Below are positions 28,583 to 36,969 of a stretch of DNA of 64,000 nucleotides, piece by piece (position 1 is the first letter of the stretch; each line of letters starts with the position of its first letter). The notes beneath the pieces were generated by a model. It worked only from the letters and a program-made list of their open reading frames with translations. It was not told the origin of the DNA and searched no databases. This DNA is from Candidatus Bathyarchaeota archaeon. Its GTDB lineage: Archaea; Thermoproteota; Bathyarchaeia; Bathyarchaeales; Bathycorpusculaceae. The stretch covers positions 2,816,001 to 2,880,000 of the forward strand of contig OY969706.1 of NCBI GenBank assembly GCA_963702095.1. Direction: 5' to 3'. The position numbers were made by a program, and so were the translations under genes.

Positions 28583-29956
28583 GTGGCTAAATCTAAAATA
28601 ATAATTATCCTCTTAATAGTGGGTTTACTGGTTGCTTCAATAATAGTTTACCAACAGCAACTGTCCAACCTAGATTCATCATCAAACTCCGTCGGATTGC
28701 CAGCACCCCAAGGAAGCATTCTTTTCAAACAGGAAATCCGAGACTTCGCAAATACTATCGCGGTTGACGGCGGCAAATTTTTCACCCTGAATGACGACGG
28801 TGTGCTGTACTGTTTTGACGCCCAAAGCGGAAACCTACTCTGGCAAACCGTTGTTGACAACTGGCGTACAGGCGGATTAGTAATCAAAGATGAAATAATC
28901 TACGTTGGAGCAGTCGGCGGCGTTATAAAAACCGTGGATGAGCGCACCGGGAAACTGCTTGACTTACAGTTTGAGGCGCCTGTGAGCACTTCTTGGGGCA
29001 GTAAGAGTCCTCCCACTGCTTTCTCTGTTATTGAGGGTCGTGTGTTCGCTACCCAGACGGGTTGTAACGCCTTTAGCGCCGACACAGGTAGTCAACTTTG
29101 GATTTCTCTGCCCGTTACTATGCTTAACCCTCCTGACATGCCCTACACCGATAGCGTATGGGCGTTTAGCGATAATCTGGTTCTTGGCGCTGGAATGTAC
29201 CCTGCCGATAACACCTTTGCAGACGGATACTACCGAATCGACCCCGACAAGGGCGCTGTCATCTGGGCTATTGAATGCTCTAACATCCAAGAACCACTCA
29301 CATACCATAACAGAATAATCCTGACAAACTTTGGAAACAACATCCAAAAGTTCTGTACAAAAGTGTGTGTTGCCACCGCTTCCTCAGGAACCATCCTGTG
29401 GAGTTACGACATTGGATCACCAACTTACAAGCCAATAATCTATGGCGATTTGCTTCTACTGGTTGGCACAGACGGATATTTTTATGCCCTCAACCTCTCA
29501 AACGGTTCCTTATCCTGGAAGACACCCCTCAACAGTGACGGAACCCTCAAAGACGCGGCAGTATCCCCCATAAGAGTGGATGAACAAACCCAGAAGATAT
29601 ACTGGGCTTACGCCATCATCAGAACCAACGGCTCAGATAATAGCATAATCTACGATGGGGCATTGTGCAGCTTGGATCTGGCAACCGGCAGAAACCTTCG
29701 AACACAAACTTTCCAAAGCAACTGCACACAACCATTTTTTACAGACAGAAATCCGCTTTTGGGGTTAGCGCTGCTTAACCATACTGCCTTTTTGACTGTG
29801 CAAACTGATCTCTGGGCATTTCACAAGTCAAGTTTAGAAGTAGCTGGGATGCAGCATTTCGACCACAACCTTGTAGCACCCATTGCGGCTTATGGCAAAG
29901 TGTATGTTTCAGCAGACCTCTATGCACTGGCTTACAGCGACGCAGATGATAGTTAG
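28583..29956 (+). CDS. Exported or membrane-anchored PQQ-like beta-propeller repeat protein
   Basis: N-terminal hydrophobic segment; repeated LYCFDAQSGNLLW / FYALNLSNGSLSW blades. Confidence 0.85.
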   Translation: MAKSKIIIILLIVGLLVASIIVYQQQLSNLDSSSNSVGLPAPQGSILFKQEIRDFANTIAVDGGKFFTLNDDGVLYCFDAQSGNLLWQTVVDNWRTGGLVIKDEIIYVGAVGGVIKTVDERTGKLLDLQFEAPVSTSWGSKSPPTAFSVIEGRVFATQTGCNAFSADTGSQLWISLPVTMLNPPDMPYTDSVWAFSDNLVLGAGMYPADNTFADGYYRIDPDKGAVIWAIECSNIQEPLTYHNRIILTNFGNNIQKFCTKVCVATASSGTILWSYDIGSPTYKPIIYGDLLLLVGTDGYFYALNLSNGSLSWKTPLNSDGTLKDAAVSPIRVDEQTQKIYWAYAIIRTNGSDNSIIYDGALCSLDLATGRNLRTQTFQSNCTQPFFTDRNPLLGLALLNHTAFLTVQTDLWAFHKSSLEVAGMQHFDHNLVAPIAAYGKVYVSADLYALAYSDADDS

Positions 29957-30029
29957 CAGGTTTAAGCTCTATTTTTGTTTGGTCTTTGGTGAATGATTGC
30001 CCAAGTCTCCACACTTCTTTTCTTTGATC

Positions 30030-30156
30030 TTCTAGTGCTAGAAGAAGAGAGTGTCGCCTTTACTCAACATCTTCTTGCGGACTTTGCAGACGGTTGTGTT
30101 TTGCGTTCTGCAATGCCGATGGGTTGCTATCTGGTTGAGGCGATTTCTACAAGCAG
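30030..30156 (+). repeat. Dispersed 127-bp intergenic repeat, family 1, copy B
   Basis: Ungapped alignment to 4964-5090 (about 31 mismatches in 127). Confidence 0.88.
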
Positions 30157-30242
30157 TCCACAGTTTTTGACCTGCCTTATGTAGTTTTTAGGGTGTTTTG
30201 CTTGGTGTGTTATAGGTTAATTTTATATGATGGCAAATACAT

Positions 30243-30272
30243 GCTTACTTTGTAAGCGCCACAAGGCTTACA
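30243..30272 (+). promoter_or_regulatory. Putative operator: GCTTAC-N3-GTAAGC-N8-GCTTAC
   Basis: Three alternating half-sites forming two perfect inverted repeats between a TATA-like TTTTATAT (30221) and the HTH gene start (30283). Confidence 0.65.
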
Positions 30273-30282
30273 TGGTGATAAG

Positions 30283-30744
30283 ATGACGCTAAGCACAGGC
30301 TACCTAACTCCCAAACAAACCCGAATCTGGGACCTCAAAGGAAACGGCATCCAAGAAGCCCACATAGCAAAACACCTAAAAATCACACGCCAAACCGTCC
30401 ACAAAGCCCTCGACACAGCCAACCTCAAAATCGGCGAAGCCCTCGAAGAAACCGCCAAAATAAACAAAATCGAAATCCAAACCCTCAACCCAACCAAAGG
30501 CTACCTCCTCGGCTACAGCGCCCACTTCAAAACCAAAGCCTTCATCACCTTCTCCGCAAAAAACGGCGTCCAAGTCTGGTACAGACACGACGGCGACTGC
30601 AAAAAATGCCGCAAACTCGAAACCTGCAGAGAAGCCCTCCTAACAGAAGCAAAAAACCGCAACTTCCTCATCCTAGACGACACAAGCAAGATACTGCCCT
30701 CCAAACTTGCAGAAGCTCTAATCGAGAAAATAACAGGTGAATAA
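30283..30744 (+). CDS. Sigma-70 region 4-like HTH protein with H-x3-C-x2-C-x5-C motif
   Basis: LTPKQTRIW...EAHIAKHLKITRQTVHKAL HTH; YRHDGDCKKCRKLETC. Confidence 0.75.
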   Translation: MTLSTGYLTPKQTRIWDLKGNGIQEAHIAKHLKITRQTVHKALDTANLKIGEALEETAKINKIEIQTLNPTKGYLLGYSAHFKTKAFITFSAKNGVQVWYRHDGDCKKCRKLETCREALLTEAKNRNFLILDDTSKILPSKLAEALIEKITGE

Positions 30745-30747
30745 AGC

Positions 30748-31548
30748 ATGGGTTTATATGAAAGGTTGAGAGCATTTAAAAACTGGTGTCCTGAACCATC
30801 CACTCCGCTTAGTTCAAAGTTAAAGCAATTTTTTATTTCACCAAAACTGGCAGGCACTGGGGTCAGAAACAAGTGGGGTTATGTTCCTATCGCTGGCGGA
30901 TTCGGATTAATAGCTGCTGGCTTAGTTACTTTTATCATCCATGTTGTGCTAAACGGGGAGCTTTCTGGCACGGCGGCGGCTTATGCTCAGCGGTCGGATT
31001 TTTGGTTCTACTGGGCGCCGATGATTACCGTTTTTCTTATAGCAGGCGCGTTCGCCGCTGTTATTGGCGTATTTGTTCTAAAAAGGGTCACAAACCGATG
31101 GTTCTACGCTTTGATTGCTGGAGCGTTTATCCTAATTGCCTTTGACTCGTACTTCTTTGTGTTCAACTGGGCGAAGGATTTCATAAACATCATAGGCATC
31201 GAGAACTTCTATCCTCTTTCAGCGACCTACTTCTTCTCTGGACTAATGGCAGCGGTGTTTATGGTGGCGCTTGCAATGGTGTTGGGGCTGAAGGTTAGAA
31301 ACAAGTGGGGAATAATCACGGCAGTCGGCGGATCAGTCTTAATCCTCCTTGCCGTCTTCTTGATAGTGCTGGATGCAGCCGCCACCATCGCCATTGACCC
31401 TGTATTCAGCCTCGGTCTACGGGATTTCCGCTGGTACTTCTTCTGGCAGAATTTCGTCCCAGTTATTCCCTTTTCCTTGTTGATCGGCGGGTTCCTCGAA
31501 TTCATAGGAATATACCTGATAAGGATGGAAAAAAGCGGTGAGGCTTAG
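30748..31548 (+). CDS. Six-TM membrane protein with N-terminal WCP motif (DUF1673-like)
   Basis: FKNWCPEP N-terminus; three ~70-aa units beginning VRNKWG / VTNRWF / VRNKWG. Confidence 0.7.
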   Translation: MGLYERLRAFKNWCPEPSTPLSSKLKQFFISPKLAGTGVRNKWGYVPIAGGFGLIAAGLVTFIIHVVLNGELSGTAAAYAQRSDFWFYWAPMITVFLIAGAFAAVIGVFVLKRVTNRWFYALIAGAFILIAFDSYFFVFNWAKDFINIIGIENFYPLSATYFFSGLMAAVFMVALAMVLGLKVRNKWGIITAVGGSVLILLAVFLIVLDAAATIAIDPVFSLGLRDFRWYFFWQNFVPVIPFSLLIGGFLEFIGIYLIRMEKSGEA

Positions 31549-32297
31549 GCTGGTGTTGAGGAGTCCCAGAGGAACTGGAAGTACTCCCGCGCAAACCCCA
31601 CAACGCCCACGTGATCACTCCAAATAACCAAACTCGGCTTATCCTCGCCCAAAAACAGCATCGCTTCTTTGCCGTCAGCAATAATGCCGCCACCGAACAT
31701 GTGGTCCCGGATACGCAACTCGCCAAATCCAGCGAATTTTTTGAGGAAAAGCCAATCCTCTTTTTTGCCCGCCGCCATCAGTTTAATCTTAACGGACTTC
31801 TTGACTCCGCTTCCAAGAAGGGGCTCAGCCAAAGTAATCACGGGCTTAGCAAACTCTGGCGCCGCCACAACGATTTCGACTGAAGCCTTTTTGGCCATTT
31901 CCTCCAGCTTGTTGAGGACCGCTTGTTGCCCACGCAGGATAAGCATGTCGGGGCGTTCGACTAGCTCGCGTTTCTCGTAGAGGGGCTGCAACGTTTCGGC
32001 TATTGTGTTTTCCCAGCCTGCGTATTTGTCTTCGAGGCGCAGTTTGGTAAAGCGTGTGGCTTCCATCGGCGGCACAGGGTAATACTTGAAGGGGCGGGTT
32101 TCGCTGCTTTTGATCCAGCCTTTCTCTTTTAAGCTGTTTAGGACTTCATACATTTTGCTGTAGGGTACACTAGCTTGCTCGCTGACCTCCATCGCCGTCA
32201 TCTCTCCGCCCTCAAGTAGAACTATGTAGGCGTCGATTTCGTAGGCGTTTAAGCCCATTTCACGTAGTGTGCTGCGAGTTTCCTCGTTTAATGCCAT
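31545..32297 (-). CDS. TrmB-family transcriptional regulator
   Basis: MGLNAYEIDAY..VPYSKMYEVLNSLKEKGW..RPFKY wHTH plus effector-binding domain. Confidence 0.9.
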   Translation of the reverse strand: MALNEETRSTLREMGLNAYEIDAYIVLLEGGEMTAMEVSEQASVPYSKMYEVLNSLKEKGWIKSSETRPFKYYPVPPMEATRFTKLRLEDKYAGWENTIAETLQPLYEKRELVERPDMLILRGQQAVLNKLEEMAKKASVEIVVAAPEFAKPVITLAEPLLGSGVKKSVKIKLMAAGKKEDWLFLKKFAGFGELRIRDHMFGGGIIADGKEAMLFLGEDKPSLVIWSDHVGVVGFAREYFQFLWDSSTPA

Positions 32298-32403
32298 GGT
32301 TTTCCCCTCAATCACCGTAGGAAACGTTTGGAAACTTATTTATCATCACTCTACTCTTAAGCACTTCGACTATAACGCTTACACGTTAGAAGGCAAATCC
32401 TGC

Positions 32404-33894
32404 ATGAAAGATATTAAACCGACAAGAAGCATCTGTCCCGAATGTCTAAAACCCCTCGACGCAACCATCTACGAGGACGAAGGCAAAGTCTTCATTAAAA
32501 AAACGTGCCCAGAACACGGTTCCTTCAACGAGCTCTACTGGTCAGACTACGACCAATACGTCAGGGCCGAAAAATTCCGCAGCGAAGGCACAGGCGTGGA
32601 GAATCCCCGCACAGAGAAGAAGCTCGGTTGCCCAAGCGACTGCGGTTTGTGCCCAGAACATCATTCCCACACTGCGTTGGCAATCATTGACGTAACTAAC
32701 CGCTGTAACCTCAAATGCCCCGTCTGCTTCGCCAACGCAAACTACGCCGGCTACGTGTATGAACCCACTATGGAGCAGGTTGTGGGCATGCTTGAAAATC
32801 TGCGCGCTACCAAACCTGTGCCGGCGCAGGCGCTTCAGTTCAGCGGCGGAGAACCCACTATCCGCAAAGAACTCCCCGACATGATCCGAAAAGCCAAAGA
32901 ACTCGGCTTCAACCACGTCGAAGTCAACACCAACGGTTTACGTATCAGCCAAGACCTCGAGTACTGTAAGGAACTCAAAGAAGCAGGCGTCAGCACCATC
33001 TACCTCCAGTTCGACGGGTTAACTCCCGCCGTTTACAAGTACATACGCGGCGTCGACTTGCTTGACATAAAGATGAAGGCGATTGAGAACCTCCGCGCTG
33101 CAGGGTGGAACAGCGCTGTCTTGGTGGTCACACTGATTAAAGGCGTCAACGACGGCCAACTGGGCGACATAATAAACTTCGCCGCCAAAAACAGCGACGT
33201 AATCCGATGCATCAACATCCAACCAGTTTCGCTATGCGGGCGCTTGCCAGCTGACGAACGGGAAAAGATGCGTATCACCATCCCCGACTTCATGAAACGA
33301 ATCGAAGAACAAACAAATGGCGTCATCAAAGTTGACGACTTCTACCCTGTCCCCGTAGTGGTTCCTGTCTCTAAAGCTGTCGGCGCAATCAAAGACAAAC
33401 GCTACGTCGAATTCACAGCGCATCCACACTGTGGCATGGCAACCTTCGTTTTCATCGAGAACGGCAAAATCACACCTATCACACGCTACGGTAACATTGA
33501 CAAGTTCGTTGCGACCCTTCAAGGCGTCTACGACGATGCTTCCAAAGGAAACAAAAGCAAAGCCAAAATCCGCCTCGTGGGCGCAGGCAGACACATCAAA
33601 TTCAGTTTCCTACGCAAATACGTCCTCAAAGTATTGATGAACGGCGACTACAAATCGCTAGGCGACTTCGCCCGCTCCGCTGTGTTGATTTCATCGATGC
33701 ACTTCATGGACCCCTACAACTTTGACCTCGAACGGGTTAGCCGCTGTGTCATCCACTATGCTGTTCCAGACGGCCGCATCATACCCTTCTGCACTATGAA
33801 CTCCATCCATCGAGCCTCGGTTGAGAAGAAACTTGGCGTTCCCATCGAAGAATGGCAAAATAAACATAAGGTTGAAATAAGCCAGACAGTCTAG
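32404..33894 (+). CDS. tes: Radical SAM tetraether synthase (Tes / GDGT-MAS, MJ0619 family)
   Basis: CPEC..CPEH, CPSDCGLCPEH, CNLKCPVC radical SAM motif, HPHCG, RCVIHYAVPDGRIIPFC; ATG 32404 preferred over ORF-track start. Confidence 0.85.
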   Translation: MKDIKPTRSICPECLKPLDATIYEDEGKVFIKKTCPEHGSFNELYWSDYDQYVRAEKFRSEGTGVENPRTEKKLGCPSDCGLCPEHHSHTALAIIDVTNRCNLKCPVCFANANYAGYVYEPTMEQVVGMLENLRATKPVPAQALQFSGGEPTIRKELPDMIRKAKELGFNHVEVNTNGLRISQDLEYCKELKEAGVSTIYLQFDGLTPAVYKYIRGVDLLDIKMKAIENLRAAGWNSAVLVVTLIKGVNDGQLGDIINFAAKNSDVIRCINIQPVSLCGRLPADEREKMRITIPDFMKRIEEQTNGVIKVDDFYPVPVVVPVSKAVGAIKDKRYVEFTAHPHCGMATFVFIENGKITPITRYGNIDKFVATLQGVYDDASKGNKSKAKIRLVGAGRHIKFSFLRKYVLKVLMNGDYKSLGDFARSAVLISSMHFMDPYNFDLERVSRCVIHYAVPDGRIIPFCTMNSIHRASVEKKLGVPIEEWQNKHKVEISQTV

Positions 33895-33928
33895 ATGTTG
33901 GAATTAAAAATTTACTAAGGTGAAATTA

Positions 33929-34258
33929 ATGGGTGGAAAAAAGAAGCTTGGCATAAAGCAGATGGAGAAGCAGCAAGGAGACAAAGCAGCAGAGGATAGA
34001 GCGAAGAAGAAGGACGAGAAGAAATCCGGTCCGCCACAGAAGAAAACAACTATAGGCATCCTGCCTCCCGACGTTAAAGACCAAAAAATCGTTGCTGAAG
34101 TCAAAAAAATGAATGTCCTAACACCATACGCTGTTGCGACACGTTACGGCGTACGTCTCAGTGCAGCAAAAGACTTCCTCGAACAGTTGGAAGCCAACGG
34201 TGCAATCCAACTTGTCTCCGGAAGCCACAGCCTAAAAATCTACAAGCCAGCAGCCTAG
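33929..34258 (+). CDS. rps25e: 30S ribosomal protein S25e
   Basis: Lys-rich N-terminus MGGKKK, wHTH VLTPYAVATRYGVRLSAAKDFL..IY. Confidence 0.88.
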   Translation: MGGKKKLGIKQMEKQQGDKAAEDRAKKKDEKKSGPPQKKTTIGILPPDVKDQKIVAEVKKMNVLTPYAVATRYGVRLSAAKDFLEQLEANGAIQLVSGSHSLKIYKPAA

Positions 34259-34305
34259 CTGCTAAACTTTAATTTTATTTGGCGCGTATTTGGAGTTAAG
34301 CTGTT

Positions 34306-34779
34306 TTGAGTTTTCCCGAAAAAGTCTACACTGGCAAAGAAGTCAAAGTTGCCCGTGCCCTCGTTGAGCAAGGTTACCGGCATAACTTAGCGGTTAATGG
34401 TCAGTCAGATTTCACGTGGAAAGTTAAAGAAGCCCTTGAATACGTAAAAACCGCAGGTTACTACGATTACCTCCAAACCTACATCCGTGAAATCGTGGAA
34501 ATCGACGGCATGACCCAGCTGAGGCAGGCAGAAGTCGCCATCTGGGCTAACAAATTCGCCGTAGACAACCCCATAGACGCCGCCAGTTTGTTTATTCAAA
34601 AAGCCTTCAGTATGCAGGAGTACTTGCAGGGTAAACTCTACTATGGTGGCGTCGCAGAGAAACGCTCCATAGCTAAACGCATGGAATTCCTCGAAGTGCT
34701 CAAAGAGAAAACCGACAGCAAAGAAGTCAGGGAAGAATGTGAACGGCTGCTTTCTCTTTGGAGGGAAAGCTCGGTTTAG
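34306..34779 (+). CDS. Hypothetical protein
   Basis: 157-aa ORF co-oriented with rps25e, GGAG RBS. Confidence 0.7.
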   Translation: MSFPEKVYTGKEVKVARALVEQGYRHNLAVNGQSDFTWKVKEALEYVKTAGYYDYLQTYIREIVEIDGMTQLRQAEVAIWANKFAVDNPIDAASLFIQKAFSMQEYLQGKLYYGGVAEKRSIAKRMEFLEVLKEKTDSKEVREECERLLSLWRESSV

Positions 34780-35169
34780 TTATGCCAGTACAACTTTGAT
34801 AGTTGAGCCGCTTTTAACTTGATTAAACAGGTCCAGGTTGCTTGTTATTTTCCCCAGTATGCTTACTGGACTGTAGGGTTGGGATTTGCCGTAGAAGACG
34901 CAGAGTGCGCCTCCCATTGGCCAAAATGCGATGGTACCCGTCTCAACCGTGGGTTTAGCTTTTTCTTCACCCATTTTTATGGGAATTTCAAAGTATACTT
35001 CTTCCTTATAGAGTGCCGCTCTGCCCTCCATTGGAAGCTTGCGTACGATGTAGTCTATGGTTCGTGGAGCCATGAACCTGACCAATTCGCCTTCTGCTTC
35101 GCCTAAACCTTCTATGAGGAACTTTATTTTAATGCGAGAGATGCCTTCATCGTTACTCAAACTCTTCAT
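34780..35169 (-). CDS. Cyclophilin-like fold protein (DUF369/TM1367 type)
   Basis: APRT..LP..EEVYFEIP..GTIAFWPMGGALCVFYG..PYSPV. Confidence 0.8.
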   Translation of the reverse strand: MKSLSNDEGISRIKIKFLIEGLGEAEGELVRFMAPRTIDYIVRKLPMEGRAALYKEEVYFEIPIKMGEEKAKPTVETGTIAFWPMGGALCVFYGKSQPYSPVSILGKITSNLDLFNQVKSGSTIKVVLA

Positions 35170-35277
35170 ACCCCTTTACAGAAAACCACAAATTATGTGT
35201 GAATCAAAAAAGTATAGTGTGAAAGTGCAATTTAACCCTTACACTTTCATATACCCTATTTAGAGCTGTTGCTTTGT

Positions 35278-36387
35278 CTATAGAAGGCTCAGCACTGTCT
35301 CGCCGATGAACTCTACCTCTTGAGATGTGACTGCTGGATGAACTGGCAGCGAAAACACCTGTTTAGCTGCCTTCTCGGTTTCAGGCAATGCATGCGCATC
35401 GTAGTTATCGCGGTAATATGGCATCGTGTTTATCGGGTGGACGTAGTAGGCTTCTGCACCTATGCCTTTGGCTTTAAGGTCGTCTAGGAGCTTATTACGT
35501 TGGGCTTCAGTAGCGTCGATTAATCTGGCTGTGTAGAGGTACCAACTGTGCTGGCAACTCTCAGTTTCATAGGGCAAGACAAGTTTCTTGGATTTAGAGA
35601 GAATTCCAGTCAGTTGCTTAGCGTTCTCGCGGCGTTTAGCAACAAATGTAGGCAGCTTCTTCAACTGCACGATGCCGATTGCGGCTTCAAGCTCTGGCAA
35701 TCGGTAGTTGCTTCCCAACATCTCCGAGGCATACTTGGCTTTTTCACCATGAGTGCGAATCATACGTAGTTTCTCGTCTACCTCGTCGCTGTCGGTGGTG
35801 ACTACGCCGCCTTCGCCTGTCATCATGTTCTTGCTTGCATAGAGACTCCAGCATGCAGCATCAGAAAATGACCCAGCTGGCTTCCCAGCGTAGGTGGCGC
35901 CATGTGCCTGCGCAGCATCCTCAACCAGTGCCAAACCGTGTTTCTCCGCAATTTCCCGCATCGGCTTCATGTCAGCTGAGAAACCATACAGATCCACCGG
36001 CAGAATTGCCTTGGTTTTTTCGGTTATGGCTTCTTCGACTGCTGCTGGGGAGAGCGTGTAGGTTTTAGGGTTAATGTCTGCGAAGACTGGTCTTGCCCCG
36101 GCTAACGCGACTGCTTCAGCGGTGGCTACGAATGTGAAGCTGGGCACGATTACCTCGTCGTCCCGTTTGACGCCACAAGCCATGACTGCTGAGTGGAGCG
36201 CTGCGGTGCCTGTGTTCACGGCTACTGCGTGTTTGACGCCGGCTAATTGGGCGAAGAGTTTCTCAAACTCCAGAACTTTTGGTCCTGCGCCTAAGGCGTT
36301 GGTTACGGGTCCTTTGCGCATAACTTCAATGACTGCTTGGACTTCTGCTTCATCAGTGCTGGGTCTGTTAATCGGTATCATTTTCAT
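35278..36387 (-). CDS. DegT/DnrJ/EryC1/StrS family sugar aminotransferase
   Basis: NTGTAALH, PSFTFVAT, EDAAQAHGA, SKNMMTGEGG, SLPVHP. Confidence 0.93.
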   Translation of the reverse strand: MKMIPINRPSTDEAEVQAVIEVMRKGPVTNALGAGPKVLEFEKLFAQLAGVKHAVAVNTGTAALHSAVMACGVKRDDEVIVPSFTFVATAEAVALAGARPVFADINPKTYTLSPAAVEEAITEKTKAILPVDLYGFSADMKPMREIAEKHGLALVEDAAQAHGATYAGKPAGSFSDAACWSLYASKNMMTGEGGVVTTDSDEVDEKLRMIRTHGEKAKYASEMLGSNYRLPELEAAIGIVQLKKLPTFVAKRRENAKQLTGILSKSKKLVLPYETESCQHSWYLYTARLIDATEAQRNKLLDDLKAKGIGAEAYYVHPINTMPYYRDNYDAHALPETEKAAKQVFSLPVHPAVTSQEVEFIGETVLSLL

Positions 36388-36582
36388 GGGTCTCCATTTA
36401 CAATAACTGGCCTCTTCTGGTATATTTCGATTATCGCCAAAACAAGTTAAAATTTGATTAACAATCAGGCTAGAGGAAGCCTGTTTATAAAAACGTTTTT
36501 CCTACTTTTGGGCGGTGACTGCACGGGTACAGTCACATACGCTAAACTATCACAGCGGCTACCCTCAGTTGAGGTTAATGTT

Positions 36583-36969
36583 GTGCTTGGAGAATTAATC
36601 GGTGAATTCACCGGCAAAAACACTGGTTACCGAGTTTTAAGCGACGGAAAAATTGAAACATCCAATCAAGGCGCAGGCAAAATCCTTGGCATGCAAGCCT
36701 TCATCATGTCCACCGCAGTTGCCACCATGGCAAACGGCATATTCATGGGAGAAGTCAACAGCCTCATAACACTCATGGACGGCAGAGGAGTAATGCTCAA
36801 AGGTAACGCGGTTAGTTGGCAGGGCGGCAAAGGCGGCGTCACCCGAGCGGCATCCATCCAGACAACCCAGTCAGAGAAACTGCAAAGGCTTGTCAAAACA
36901 GTTCTGGTGCATGAATACGAGACCGATGAGATGGGTAATTGGGTGGGCAAAATCTGGGAGTGGAAATAA
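36583..36969 (+). CDS. Hypothetical beta-rich protein
   Basis: GTG start after GAGGT RBS; LGELIGEFTGK...YETDEMGNWVGKIWEWK. Confidence 0.65.
   Translation: MLGELIGEFTGKNTGYRVLSDGKIETSNQGAGKILGMQAFIMSTAVATMANGIFMGEVNSLITLMDGRGVMLKGNAVSWQGGKGGVTRAASIQTTQSEKLQRLVKTVLVHEYETDEMGNWVGKIWEWK

Noticed and set aside
32269-32403. N-terminal extension of the radical SAM ORF
   Set aside because: Overlaps the divergent TrmB start and promoter; family similarity begins at ATG 32404
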